Below, piece after piece: positions 30,846-44,779 of a DNA stretch of 64,000 nucleotides. Source of the DNA: the human T2T-CHM13v2.0 reference genome, Homo sapiens; the NCBI RefSeq assembly GCF_009914755.1, contig NC_060930.1. One strand, written 5' to 3'. The first letter of the stretch is position 1, and each line of letters begins with the position of its first letter. The notes under the pieces are model-generated. The model saw only the letters and a program-made list of their open reading frames with translations. It searched no databases and was not told the DNA's origin. A program made the position numbers and the translations under genes.

Positions 30846-33013
30846 TTATAATGTGAACATCGACCTCTTCTGTGACAACTAGGAACATGCCAGAAATATG
30901 TCTCCTCCACTTTGATCTGAATGTAGAACAATGTCATTAATAGCACCAGAATCTACCTGCTAGCTCCATGTGCCTCCTCAAAGAAGCTGGGGAGAAGGCC
31001 GTTTGCAAAGAGGAGGAGTGTCAGGAAACAGAAGGTGCGTGCTCACCCTGGCTTCACACGTGAGGGCTATTCAGACACTGTGGGCCTCGCTGCTCCCTGG
31101 ATTACAGAGTCGAGGCGCTTGAAAGGGGTCGCAAACCTCATGCTTGAGGTTACAGTGGGGAAGATATTGGCATATAACCCAAAGTGAGCCATGAGCCTCC
31201 CTCTAATAAAAATCCAAAACTTTCCAATGTATTATTTTGCCTGCACGAATATGGCCAAGATAAGACTTTTTAAAAATATGGCACTGTAGTCATCTACAAG
31301 CCATCCTTTGACTTGTATTTTCTAAATGTAAATGAATCACCAAACTCAGAACATCCTTGCAGAAAATTAGCAAAATCATCACATTTACTCTGATCAATGA
31401 GTATGAGAAAATCTCTACTTCAGTCATGGTTAATAGTTTGGAGTTTTAAGGACAGTTGATGAAAAATGCCATAAAAGAAGCATGTTTAGTCTAATTTGCT
31501 TGAAACTCTGATTGAAAATTATCCTAACAGCTGAGCCCTTTTACTCCCACAGACACAGCACTCTCTCTATTCCCCTCTGAAAATTCCAGTCTCTGACTCC
31601 CCCAGCTGGGGGTCATGAGAAAATCACAGAAACCTGGCATATGAAATGATGGACAATGGGGAAGTGCACTTTCCATAATTCCTTAGAGATTTCCCCATTT
31701 ATTAACATGGCATAAAGGCACAGAAACCAACATGTAGTTGCAATGAAGAGAGAAATCCACAGCATTTACTTGATGGGCCTGGAAGCCTGCCTAATTGAAA
31801 CACTCATGCATTGGGGCTGCACCACCAGCTTAGAGCAGCGTCTCTAGCGTGGTTGCCGCTGTTGCTGGAGAGGCAGCCAGGATCTGCCTGTTTGTGTGCT
31901 TTGCAGATCTCCATGGTGGAAGAGGCAAAAGGTCTGAAATCGTCTCACAAAGGAAATTACTATTCAGCCTCATCCATCAAAAGCAGAAATCTAGAAATGA
32001 GAAGACTTTCAAATGTTGCCTCAAGTAGAATTTTAAGATCATGTCTTATCCAAGTTCTTCTAGCATGATAATGAGCAGCAAAGAAAGGAGAAAATGAGCA
32101 GTGTCAGAAGCACCTGGCTACAGCCAACTCCAGTTACGTGTCTTCATATGCACAGTGGATGCTGGTTTTGACCTTTGCAATCCATTACTGAAACCCCCTT
32201 GTCCTGTAATACTTCTGCATTCTGTTTGTTTTGCAGATAAAGGAGAACTCCCCAACCATTTTCCCTTTTCCTAACTTTGTGAAAAACAAACTTAAAGGCT
32301 AGCAGGGAGCAAATGTAACAAGGGGACACAGACAGCGCTGTGACTGAGGTGGGAGCAACACAGACTCGCAAGCCAGAGCTCCCAGTCACGGAGCTCAAGT
32401 GAACTGCCTGCACCCTCTGTACCTCGGTGGGGATGGCAGCATAATCGTCTTTTGGAGTGTGAACTGATGCACACCACGTATAGGTCACATTAATGTAAAC
32501 TCACTCCAGTGTGGGTGGGCGTCAAATGGCACATTTGATGCCCCCTTTTTTTTTTTTTTTTGCATTTCTCTTAATCAAATCCTTTGTAAATTCCAATGTT
32601 GATTTCTGTTGATACATAATCATTTAGTTAGGCCACATGATTTCAGAGATGAGGGTGATCTCAGAGACATCTAGTTTGGTGCTTTTACTTCCCGACCCTG
32701 GTGCAGATGCAGAGATGTTCCGTTCATTCGTGCAAAGTCAAGGAGCAGCCAGGAGCAGAGGCAGATGAGAACCCAGGTGCTCCAACTTCCCGCTGAGCAC
32801 CTCCTGTGCATGGCACCTGCACAGATGCCTCAACGTGCACACAGGCTGTAAGACGAGACTCTTAACAGTGTCTCAAGCAAGTACTTTTCTTTGACAGAGG
32901 CAGTGATTGCCAAGATTTAGTGTGGATTAAAAGCCTAAGACAGTTTGTATTAGAAAATGCCAGCTCTGTGAGACTATGGCAGACAGCAGTGGAAGGGCAC
33001 ATGACCGTCTCCT

Positions 33014-33146
33014 ACTTCTGCACTGGGCAGCCACGCCCATCGCCCGCTGTGATCTACAGATTTCGGAGAACGAAGGTCACACTTCTGCACTGGGCAGTCA
33101 AGGCCGTCGCCCGCTGTGATCTACAGATTTCGGAGAAAGAAAGTCC
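33014..33146. repeat. Two-copy 67-bp tandem duplication
   Basis: ACTTCTGCACTGGGCAG...TCGCCCGCTGTGATCTACAGATTTCGGAGAA starts at 33014 and again at 33081. Confidence 0.92.
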
Positions 33147-35149
33147 CATGACATAGCATTGCACGTCTCTGTGAAAAGGCACTTCTACCACCTGATCAGG
33201 ACATTGCATGCCTCAGTTTAAGGAGTTGTCTTGATTTACTCAGACCTCGTGAGGAATGACTGGCTATTGGTCAGATCCCGCTCCAGATCAATTCACTCAG
33301 CGTTTCCAGGATGGGCCTGGGCACCGTATTTCTGAAATCCCTCCAGATGGTTGCAATGTGTGGCCAAGGCTCAGCTCTCCAAAGACTTCAATTCTATAAT
33401 CTCATGATTTCTCAAATGTCTCTAATCCAGGATAAATATTTCCACTGTGTTTAAAGTTCCTGAGTCCCAACATGTGGAAGTGCTTTGTGGTAGTCTTTCT
33501 GGCTTCCTCCCTGTGAGCTGTTCCAGTAACTCAACTTCACAAACTACATTCTAAGCAACTTCTCTGCCCTGGGTGTGCAGGGCATTCACACTGGGTTGGA
33601 GACAAAGAAGTTGGCCTGGGGAAAGGCCCTCCCACAGGGGTCGCTCCTGAACAGGACATGGACCCGTAGGCTTTCAGGATGCCCTAAACAGGTCAGAAAA
33701 CACTTGTCACCACTAAAGGGTCCACGGCATATTTCTTCAGCACAAAGGTTTAAGCCAGGTGTCCTGGCAAGAACTAGATTCAAGTAATCATGTTCTGCCC
33801 CCTGCACTTTTTACTAGAATAGGTTTAACCTCTGTGCTGAGCCTGTGTAGACAGCAAAGCCGTCACTGCAGTCAGCCAGCAGGACTTGGCTGCTTCTCAC
33901 GTGTGGAGGAGACAGACCCCATGTGGAATTTGAACACTGTGCCAGTGTGTTTCTAAGAAGGTTTGGGATTGTACATGACAAACTATTCTTGTAACAATGC
34001 AAGTACAACATCAAATCATCAGGGAGCCAGGTGTGTGCGCAGAAGGAGTGCACGTGCTGCTTCTGTGGACTTTCCACTGCAGCTGGCTGCAGAGCCTGCA
34101 TGTACTTATCTGTCTGAAAGGGAAGGACCCACAAACCTGCCAAGGTCCGATATCAGTTGCGGGTGGGGGCTAAATGCTTTGCCAGTGAAGCAAGGTTGCT
34201 GGACTCTACTACTCTCTCAATATCTGTTCTATCAGCACAAGAGAAATGAACAATTCACATTCTTTAAAGATGTGGGGCTGAAAACAAGACAAGCTACTGG
34301 CTGGGGTTTCCTTAGTATCTCAGCCTCCAGTTCAAACAGGCAGAGAATGAAAGACAGTGTACTTCACATAATTATAATTATCTGTGGTCTCTGTGTCTCA
34401 GCCTGCATCTCTGAAGAGTCATGGAGTGCTTTCATGGCCTAGAAATCTCCAGATTGCAGCATCGTAACTTTGAACTGCCCAAAACATCCCCTGCAGGATA
34501 ACAGGCCCAAAGCTGGACTCCTGAACTTCCAAGTGACCCCCAATGCCACACCCTACTTTCAGCCATCCGTACACCACTCATCATCCACAAAAAACAAAGG
34601 CAATGCTGCACAGAAAAACGTGGACTTACGTACTTTCCAAGTAGCAAATCCACTCACTGAGACAGAACCCAATCATTTTCTTAAAAGGAGAGAAAAGATA
34701 CTAAAGAGTTAGTGACTAAGGGTTACTAAAGAACACGGGCATTTAAGAGCTTCCTGGAAAATGAATGAGATCAGCTCCAGCCATTATCCAAGAAGGAGCT
34801 GACCAAAAAGAAAATATGGCTATTTCCTTAAAGATAATGCATCAAATTTCTCTCTAGGTTTTATTAGACTAAGTGAAATAAACTTTAGAGCAATAACTCT
34901 GGAGGTTATTGCCGGGAGTAGGGTGTAGGGTGGGGTTACTTAGTAATTATTTTTTGTTAACTATATCTGAAATGTGAAATTCCAAAATTTTAACCTCTTT
35001 TACAGTTATATTATTCAATATCTAAATGAAACTAGTCAAGATGAAGTTTTTAATTCATGCTCTGAAGCATCTCTTTATTTCATATATATAGAAATTATAT
35101 ATAAAATATAAGAGAAGAAATAAATTGACATAGCCAGGCTTAAAAGCAA

Positions 35150-36990
35150 AACAAAACAAAATTCTCCATAAACAGAAAAGGAGCAGAAACACAAACTTAA
35201 GTCTTGGACATCCTGGCTTTGGGTGCAGAATTAAGCAGGAAGGGCAGGGAGCTCACATTCCACGAAAGACCAGAACCCAGGGCTGGCAGGGCTCCACTGC
35301 TTCTAAAAGAGGCTAATGATGTGTGCTGGGACCTGGAATCACAGTTTAAGCTCAACAGCAGGTCCAAGGAGACACTGAGGTAGTTACATGGCTAGATGTC
35401 TAGAACTGGGTATCCTAACATCCTGAGATGAGAAATACTGCTGCAAATTCCTCACATGAGGTCCCAAAGACTTTGGAAAGAAGCAACTGCAAAATCAAGT
35501 AGGAAGAGATAAGCTGAGAAAGAGAAAAAAAATGAGAATATTCTTCAACTAAAAATAAATCTATAAATTAAAATTGTAAAACACATATTGATATTGAATG
35601 CTAAGAGGACAGACAACCAAATAACAATTAGAAGATAATTGCATTCCAGATGAATTTTAAATAAGAAAATAGTCTGAATAATACTTTAAAAGAAATATGC
35701 TTATAGTCTGCAAAGAGATGAATGGGCAAAGATCAAATAAAAATAAGAAATTACTTTACAAATTGTAATAAAATATAGGAAGGTGGGTATGTTAGAGAAC
35801 ACATTAGAAATAAGAATTTTGAAAAAAAAAAGCAGCAGATCATTGCTCGCCTAGACAAAACACATTTGAAGAAGTAACTCAATGAAATATAATATTAAAG
35901 AATTACCTCAAATTCAGCTTACAGAGACAAATTTGCTTAAAAATATAAAAAATCAGTTAAGAGCCACAGATAATACTTTGAGAGTTTCAAAAATGTGTCT
36001 CATCAAATCCAGAAAAACAAAGGCAATTTTGAAGAAACAATATTTGAAGAAGTAAAGGACAGCAAATTGCTTATCAGCAACATTAGACACCCGAAGGCAG
36101 GAGAAAAATGTTTTTAAAGTGTTTATAATAACTCTTAATATATATCAATCTTCAAGTTTATACCAAGCTAAATTATCATTTAGGTGTGAGGGCAAAATGA
36201 AGACATTTTCAGATATACAACAACTAAGAGAAATTACGACTTACTTTCCATACCTCACTGGAAAAAAAAAATTATGAAATGATGAATTTCAGTGAAAGAA
36301 TGGAACCTAGAAGGAAGAAATGAGATACAAGAGAAAAACCAAAGAAATTGATAAAAATGTGCTAGTAACAAAACTCTAATTGACAACAGCAATAACAAAC
36401 CTCTAGACAACAATAACAGTAATATCTACTACATAAGCCACTTAAGAACTTTTCCTTGTCTAGGAGAAAACTGATATCCAGGATAATTTAGACATTTTTC
36501 ATTAAAATTTGTCATTAAGTATATAAATTAAAATATTAAAGGTAAAAATTAAGTCAACATGCAGAGACATAAAAGGAGATAAAAGAATCAAAGAACAAGG
36601 GAAATAGCAGAATTCATATGTAGAAATAAGTCTGAAATTCCTTGGTCCAAAAAAATGTGAATGTGCTAACTTTTCCAGTTAAAAGATAATCTTTTCTATT
36701 AAAAAGGTTATAAAATTGGATTAAAATTATAAAATTGGATTAATAAATTCAGCCAGAAAGATTGAAAGTAAAGGGTTGGAAAAAGTCTGCCACATAAACA
36801 TTAACCAATAAAAAGTTAGCAATACCACTGTTAATATAAAAGAAATTAAGTCCAAAAACATAAGTAGGGAAGAAGATAAATGCAAAATAATAATAAAAAT
36901 TAAAATCTCTGGGAAGATAAACAATCACAATCTTTATGCACCTAAAAATATAGCATCAAAATACCTAAAGCTAGGCCAGAAGGATATTTG
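35150..36990 (+). mobile_element. Very old L1M/HAL1 fragment (ORF1 and ORF2 start)
   Basis: TATACCAAGCTAAATTATCATTTAGGTGTGAGGGCAAAATGAAGACATTTTCAGATA (ORF1 end) and TTTATGCACCTAAAAATATAGCATCAAAATA (EN region). Confidence 0.6.
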
Positions 36991-37681
36991 CCAACGAAAA
37001 AAGTTTAAGAAATCCACTTCAGAAGCATATATACTACTGTCTCACTGACAGCTCAATCAACTGTCTAACAGAAGTATCAAACTTAAGATGTTCAAATTTT
37101 TTTTTATTTCTTCTTTGACCCCAGAACTACTTTTCTCCAAACCTGTTTTTCTCCATTTCCACTAATGTAACCACCAGTAACCAATTGCTTTTATTTTTGT
37201 CTTTGGTTTGTTATGAAATAGTAATTGAATATAAAGGAAAATATTACTTAAAATATCTTAAAGGTATTACATATTTGGCGATACTGAACCCACATTTTTC
37301 TGCACATCAAGAAGACATTTTATAAGAGCAATATTTTACATATATGATGCTATTAAATAAGTCATATTTTTGTATGATTTTCAGGTAGTATATGTAATAT
37401 ATATGACATACATATGTAAGTTTTGCATAGGCTTTTGAGAAATAATACCATATCTAACAACGTTGTTAAAGAAAGAAAAATAACTCAATCTCTTACCTCA
37501 GTTGATAATAAGAAGCATTTTTCCTATGAGATAAAAATATAATTCCAGCAAGATGAGGGCCAAATGCAAGTGTGAGTTTCTCTTTTCTGACTCTGATACT
37601 TTCGACTGTCAATTACAGTTAGATACAATATAGATTTATTTAATTGTTGTGTTTGTATATATGGCACAATGAGTAGTGGCA

Positions 37682-38025
37682 TTATAATGGTTAATATTCT
37701 ATGTCAACTTGACTGTGTGATGGGGTGCCCAAATATCTTCTCAAACACCATTGTGGATACGGCTATGAGGGTGTTTTTGATGAGATTATTTGGAACTGTG
37801 GATTGAGTAAAGCAGATGCCGTCCCTAATGGGGGTGGGCCTCATCCAATCAGCTGAAGGCCTGAATAGAACAAAAAGGCCGACTCTCCCTTAGGTAAAAG
37901 GAACCTCCTCCTGCTTGACTACCTTGAGCTAGGACATTGGTGTTTTTCTTCCTTTGTACTTAAAGTGAAACATCAGTTCTTCTTGGGTCTTGAACCTATT
38001 GCCTTCAGACTATAATCCACACCAC
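37682..38025 (+). mobile_element. MLT2 (MLT2C/D-like) ERVL LTR, 3'-truncated
   Basis: ATGGTTAATATTCTATGTCAACTTGACT...GGGTGGGCCTCATCCAATCAGCTGAAGGCCTGAATAGAACAAAAAGG. Confidence 0.85.
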
Positions 38026-38029
38026 TATA

Positions 38030-38223
38030 AGACTGGCAGTGCAATGGATTTGTTTACACCAGCATCACCACAATCACTTGAGCAATGCATTGCACTATGA
38101 TGTTAAAATGGCTGTGACATTACTAGACAATAGAAATTTTCCAGCTCCATTATAATCTTAACAGGTCACCATTGTATATCCAGTCCATCATTGACTGAAA
38201 TGTTGTTATGGGGTGCAAAACTG
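38030..38223 (+). mobile_element. MER47/Tigger5-like DNA transposon 3' fragment
   Basis: TTTGTTTACACCAGCATCACCACAA...CAGCTCCATTATAATCTTA...TTGACTGAAATGTTGTTATG. Confidence 0.78.
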
Positions 38224-38704
38224 CATTTACAGCATTTCCTCTCTAAGCAGAAAGGTTTACCCACAAAGGTTGCAGCCTGCTGGCCACTGCAAAACTCTTC
38301 TATTTTGAGCACCACCAAGTCAGGCCCAAAGTAAGCTTAGCATCAGATTGGAAAACTGGCATTAATGAATTTTTTATTAGTATCTACCTATTAACCAGAG
38401 GTAAATTTTCCTGTGGAATATTTTGTCTCAAGCTCCAGTAATCAATATGCTTGCTCAAACACATGTGAAAGCATTTACTAAAGTGCTCCAGTCAACACTG
38501 TTTTTCAGGCAATTATTTACTCCTTTAAGTACTTACATGCTGTGATATAATGCTGAAAGAGAAATTGCACAAACATTAAAAACCACATACACATTACCGT
38601 AAGTCAATGTTTAAAATACATAATGTAATTTAATAAGTGAATCTTGTAAATTATAAGTTCATGAAAACATTAGAAAATAAATATAAACATACATAAATTA
38701 AAAG

Positions 38705-38840
38705 AGAAATAGATGGTAGGTGATAGATGGTAGACAGATGGTAAAGACAGATGATACATAGAAAGATAGCAACATAATACATGATAGATGGATACATAGA
38801 TAAATGGATGGATGGGTAGATAGATAAATAAACAGATAAA
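38705..38840. repeat. Degenerate (GATA/GGAT)n tetranucleotide repeat
   Basis: TAGATGGTAGGTGATAGATGG...GATGGATGGGTAGATAGATAAATAAACAGATA. Confidence 0.8.
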
Positions 38841-38879
38841 GCTATAAGGTTAGTATTTCTTGTAGAGTTTCCTAATATA

Positions 38880-41800
38880 TGAGACACAGTAAAAGCAGTG
38901 CTAAGGGGGAAATTTAGAGCTATACATGCTTACATTTATAAACAAGAAGATTCTTAGATCAACAACCTAACTTTACAACTTAAGGAACTAAAAAACTAAA
39001 AGTAAACTAAATCCAGGGCTAGCAGAGGAATGAAATAAGAAATATTAGAGGAAATATAAAATAAAGAAGATATAAACCATTGGAAAAATCAATGAAACAA
39101 AAAGTTGATTCTTTGAAAAGATAAAAAAAAAACCTGACAAAGCTTTAGCCAGGTGGATTAAGGAAAGAAGATTCAAATTACTAAAATCAGAAATAACAAC
39201 TGATGCTACAAAAATAAAAAGCATTATAAGAGAGCAGCACTATGAACAACTGTATACCAAACAATTTGATAACCTAGATGAACAAATTCCTATAAACATA
39301 AAATCTACCAAGACTAAATCACACTAAAATAGCACATCTGAATACACTTATCAGTAGTAAGAATAATGAATCAGTAACCAAAAATTTCCACAAAGAAAAG
39401 CCCTGAATCTGATGACTTCATTGGTGAGTTCTGCCAAAAATTTAAAATGGAATTATTCCAATTCTGCTCCAACTTTTCCAAAAACTGGGGGAAAAAAAAC
39501 CACTTCTTACCTCATTCTGTGAGGACAGCATTACCCTGATATCAAAACCAAAGATTCCAAAAGAAAGGAAAACTACAGACCAATATCCCTTATGAACATT
39601 AATGCAAAAATTCTCAACAAAATACTAGCAAACAGAACTTAACAGCATATTAAAAGGATTACAAACCATGATCAACTGGGATTTACTCCTAAAATGCAAG
39701 GATGGTTCAAAATACAAAAATCAATTAACATAGTATACCACATTAACAGAATGAATGGAAAAAATGCATGATTATCTCAATTGGTGCAGGAAAAAACACA
39801 CGATTATCTCAATTGATGCAGAAAAAAGCATTTCACAAAATTCAACACGCTTTTATGATAAAAACACTCAACAAAGCAGAAATAGAAGGAAACTACCTCA
39901 ACACAAGAAAAGCCATATATGAAAAACACAGAGCAAACATCTTATTCAATGATGAAAGACTGAGAGCTTTTCCTCTAAAATCAAGAACAAGTCAAGAATG
40001 TTCAATTTTCCCACTTCTATTCAACACAGTCTAAAAGTTCTAGCCAGAAATTAATTAAGCAAGAAAAAGAAATAACAGTCATCTAAATAGGAAGGGGAAA
40101 AGTACAATTATCTTTGTTTGCAGATATGTTTTATATATAGGAAGCCCTACAGATTCCACAAAAGTGTGTTAGAACAAATGAATACAGCAAAGTAGCAGGA
40201 TAAAAAATCAGCAGGCAAAACTCAATTGCGTTTGAATATACCAACCATCACCACTATGACAAGGAAGTTACAAAAACAATTCCATTCACAATAGCATCAA
40301 AAAGAATAAAATACTTGGCAACTAACTTAACCAAAGAAGTGAAGGACTTGTACAATGAAAACTACAAAACATTGCTGCAACAAAATTAAAGAAGACGTAA
40401 ATTAATGGAAACATATTCCATGTTCATGGATTGGAACACAATATTGTTAAAATATCTATATTACCCAAAGTGCTCTACAGATGCAATGCAATCCCTGTAC
40501 TGATCCCAATGATGTTTTCTGAAGATATGGAAAAATCCATCCTAAAATTCAAATGGAGTCTCAAGAGACTGTGAATAGCCAAAGCAATCTTGAAAAAGAA
40601 CAAAACTGGAGGACCTACACTTTCTAATTTCACACATTAATACAGAGCTACAGTAATCAAAACAGAATAACACTGCCATAAAGACAGACATATAGACCAA
40701 TAGAATTAAATAGAGAGCCCAGAAATAAACCCTCACATATATGGTCAAGGGTGCCAAGACCATTAAATGGGGAAAAAGTCTTTTCAACAAATGGTGCTGG
40801 CAAAGCTGTGTATTAATGTGCAAATGAATGAAGTTGGAACTTTACCTAAAACCATGTACAAAAACTAACAAAGTGCGCCAAAGGCCTGAATGGAAGACTG
40901 AAAACAATAAAACTCTTAGAAGAAAACACAGGAAAAAAGCTTTCCAGCATTGAATTTCTTGGGTATAACACTCAAAGGCAAAAAGCAACAAAAGAAAAAA
41001 ATAGGCAAGTTGGACTTCGTGAAAATTTTTTAAATTTGTGCATAAGAAGACATTATCAACACAATAAAAAAGCAATCCATAGGATCAGAGAAAATATTTC
41101 CAAATCATGTATATAATAAGTGATATCCAGAATATCTAGGGAACTCCTAAAACTACAAAAAAAAAAAAATCCAGTTAAAACATGGATTAAGAACTTGAAT
41201 AGACATTTCTCCAAAGAAGATACACAAATGTCCAAGAAGTGCATGAAAAGATGTTCAACATCACTAATCATTTGGGAAACGCAAAACAAAACTACAATGA
41301 GATTGTACCTCACACCCATTAGAATGCAACTATCAAAAGAATAAAAATAACAAATATTGATGAGGAGGTGGAGAAATTTGGACCCTGTACACTGTTGGTG
41401 GGAATGTAAAATGGTACAGCTGCTGTGGAAAACAGCATGGCATTTTTTTCCAAAAAATTAAAAATAGAATTATCCTATTATTCAGCAATTCCACTTCTGG
41501 ATATATATATATGCAAAAAAACTGAAAGCAGGGTCTTGAAGAGATATTTGTTCAAACATGTTCATAACAGCATCATTCACAATAGCTAAAACATGGAAGC
41601 AACACAATTGTCCATGAATGGATGAGTATATAAGCAAAACATGGTATATCCATACACAAGAATATTATTCAGCTTTAAAAAGGGAAATTCTAATATATGC
41701 TTCAATACAGACAAACCTTGAAGACATTATGTTAAATGAAATAAGCCAGTTACAACAGGGCAAATGCTATATGATTCTATTTATATGAGGTACCTAGAGT

Positions 41801-42078
41801 GAAAATCACAGAGACAGATTCGAATCTCTCATCTATTCAGAAACAGATCTGTATTCTATTCTGGAGTGGTGGTTTACAGGGGCTGTGGGGAGCGAGGAAT
41901 GGGGAGTTAGTGTTAATGGGTACAGAGATTCAATTTTACAAGATTAAAAGTTATGGAGATAGGTGGTGGTGATACACTAACATGATGAATGCACTCAATA
42001 TTGCTAAACTATGCACTTAAAAATGGTTAGGTTGGCAAATTTTATGTTATGTGTATTTTACCATAATAAAAAAATGGA
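38880..42078 (+). mobile_element. 5'-truncated L1MB-like element (ORF2 and 3'UTR)
   Basis: Continuous decayed ORF2 (e.g. LRAFPLKSRTSQECS; TTTGCAGAT) and the 3' end GGTTAGGTTGGCAAATTTTATGTTATGTGTATTTTACCATAAT. Confidence 0.9.
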
Positions 42079-42084
42079 AGAAAA

Positions 42085-42640
42085 AATAGATCAGGGACTT
42101 AAATGTAAAACTATAGGAATTTTAGAAAGCAAAATAGGAGAAAATCTTCAGGATCTAGGGCTGACACCAAAAGGAGGTTGCATAAACGGGAAAATAAATA
42201 AATTGGTCTCCATCAGAATCAAAAGCTTTGCTTGATTTCTCATCAGCAGAACCAGGAGCACATTGTGATGGATGTGACTGTCTAAATGAAACTTCAGAGA
42301 AGACGTGAAGTGAAAATAGCCCATATTAAAAGGTTACATAGTGTATGATTCCATTTACATGACATTCTTAACAAAATTATAAAAATAGAGAACAGATAGC
42401 AGTTGCCAGGCGTTATGGATGCGGGTGGGGGAGCGTGCGTGGTTTAAAAGAACAACAGGAGGGACCTGTGTGAGGATTGTCTGTATCTTGACTGGTGGCA
42501 GACACACAAATCTAGACACATGTAATAATACTGCACGGAACTGCATACCTGCGCAGAACTGCAAACATGCACCCACACGAGTACGAGTCAAAAGGAAAAT
42601 GTGAACAAGAGCATCAGATTATGTCAACAGCAATACCCCA
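42085..42640 (+). mobile_element. Old L1MC/MD 3' fragments
   Basis: AAAATAGGAGAAAATCTTCAGGATCTAGGG and AAAAGGTTACATAGTGTATGATTCCATTTACATGACATTCT. Confidence 0.65.
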
Positions 42641-43439
42641 TTACTCAGAAATATGAGCAGTGTCTTAAGCTACAGCACTGACATGGAAACGTCCTCATGT
42701 TGCTAAGCGGAAACAGACGCTGTATTTACAGCTCAGCAGGCTGCACATCTCAAAAGCAAGAACTTCACTGGGACTCAGTAATTTAAACTTCAAATCCAGC
42801 CAAGCCTCCTTTGCAAGGTGAAGTATGTTCTCCCGGAGCCCAGCGTCAGCACCGAGGGTGCACAGCAGAAGGCTACACACGCGGAGCTGCGCTGTTCCCA
42901 ATGCACACTGCAGGGATGTGTGAGGCAGGGCTCTGAATAGCTGGGACAAAGACAGTGTGATGACAGCATCTGGATGGCAGCTTCAGCACTCCATGCACTT
43001 GCCCCAGCAGCCTCACACAGTTCCAGGTGTTCATCTGACTGGCAGAATTAAACCTGCGCTAAATGTGAGGAGATGCCAGGAACATCCTGGAATACGATCA
43101 GAAAAGAAATCCAAAACGTCGTGATATTAGAGTGTGAAGTCACTATCACCTGCACCATCAAATAATGATGCCTCCCCACCTAAGACAGCCAGAAGACAGT
43201 CGCTTCCCGCAGTGTTGAGAAGGAAATACATTTGTAAGCACAGAACTGACATTTCTGATAAAGCCCTGGAGCTGCAAGCCTGCATAGGCCAGAACACAGG
43301 AGAAGGCACTGCCACAGACAGGCTCCTGTTTTCACTGCTGATGCTGGGACCCTGCCAAGTGGGCCACCTGAGCTCCTCTTCTAGATTAGAGAGATGGGCC
43401 CGTCACAGGCAGCAGGAGGGTCCTGGCCCAAAGCAGTGG

Positions 43440-44520
43440 CTGGGAGCAGCCCACTGACCATGGAAGCTGCAGAACCCATGCATGTTCAATCGTGCAGTCC
43501 CTGTGCACAGCCATAGGAGATTGGTAAAGGGCTGAAGTCTGTCCGGGGGACCTGAGGGCTCTGTGAATGCCCACGGTTCCTTCCCCCAGCTGCTGGGTGC
43601 ATACTTAGATGGCCGTACTCAGCAACTGGCAGGCTCCCACACTGGCTCCCTGCTCTGCAAAATGCGGGCTATTGTCCTAGGAAAGGAAACGTGGAGCGCT
43701 ACTCAGTATAAAACTTTAAGCCAAAAGCAATATCACATCCATGAGGGAATTGCAGAGATTAGCACCACAATCAAAGACTTGGAAAATATTGAGTTTTTAT
43801 TTCCTTTTATCCTGATTTAGCTCACCAGTTTGGCCTATGTGGAATACGGGCCTCTTGGAAAATGATGGTGCGTTTTATAGCAACATGTTGACTAAAATTG
43901 AGCTTGCTATTCCAAATGAGGTCTGTACTAACAAGCCAGGGCAGCCCCTGGCCTCAGGTTATCCATTACTGTCTCACAAATGCTTAGCTGCTGCTGAACT
44001 AATGCTTAGTAGCTGCTGAAAATCCAGGAGCTATCTGTTTTCTCTTATCAAGGAGAGTCACCCATCTTCATCTTCTCACCTCAGGGCCACACTAACTTCT
44101 GAGCTGGGACCTAAGAAACCTCCCGCTGGTCTACGACCGAGAAGGCATCACGCAGAGAGGGCCTGCGGAGCAGAAGTGGCAGGTAGTGCGCGTGAGTGCT
44201 GCAGGGTGGAGGAGGGGCAATGAGTACCCAGGACCTGCCCTCCGGGAGGTATGGCTGCCCAGTGCTAGGGATCTCTCCTTCAAAGTGGAAGCAGTCGCTG
44301 CACATCACTGTTCTCACCTCAAGGAGAAGGCACACGACATGGTGGAGACCGCAGTGACACAGTTAGTGCTATTCTTCTACTCACTGAGGGGCTCGGAAAT
44401 CTGCTGACTTTGACTGGAAACCTAAGCAGCCTCTGCACAGCTCCAAACAGCCACGCGAGCTGCGCTAGCCCAGGGCCCCGTGCAGGGCAGGACACTTGCA
44501 CGACCAGGCATGCTTATGCT
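43440..44520 (+). pseudogene. ERVL-class endogenous retrovirus protease/RT (pol) relic
   Basis: ORF 43563-43820 (HTGSLLCKMRAIVLGKETW...QKQYHIHEGIAEISTTIKDLE) matches recalled ERVL pol (HIGSLT.GVRAIMVGKAKW...QKQYRIPGGIAEISATIKDLK). CCTCAGGGC (LPQG motif) is at ~44079. Confidence 0.8.
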
Positions 44521-44779
44521 CCCTAGATGTGGACACCAGAAATGCCCCGTTGTCCTCTCTGCTCTCCCCCGTCACAGGTCAGAGGCCGGGATTCTCTACG
44601 TTTTCGAACTCCTTGCCACCAAGGCTCCAGTACAGGAACCAGCAGGAGAAGCCTCCGTGTGAGATCTGAAGGCAGTAGAGAGGGAGAAGACACTGTCACT
44701 CCTGCCATTTGGCAAACAGGTGTGTGGGATTTGGCGGCTGGGCATTCTTTTCACCCACTTTGATCCAGCAGGAGCTGAA

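Noticed and set aside
33575-34712. Several 65-159-aa ORFs in unique sequence
   Set aside because: No recognisable domain, codon bias or exon structure; the lengths are compatible with chance.
39759-39826. ~33-bp tandem duplication inside L1 (GATTATCTCAATTG.TGCAG twice)
   Set aside because: It is real but an ordinary slippage event in a dead element.
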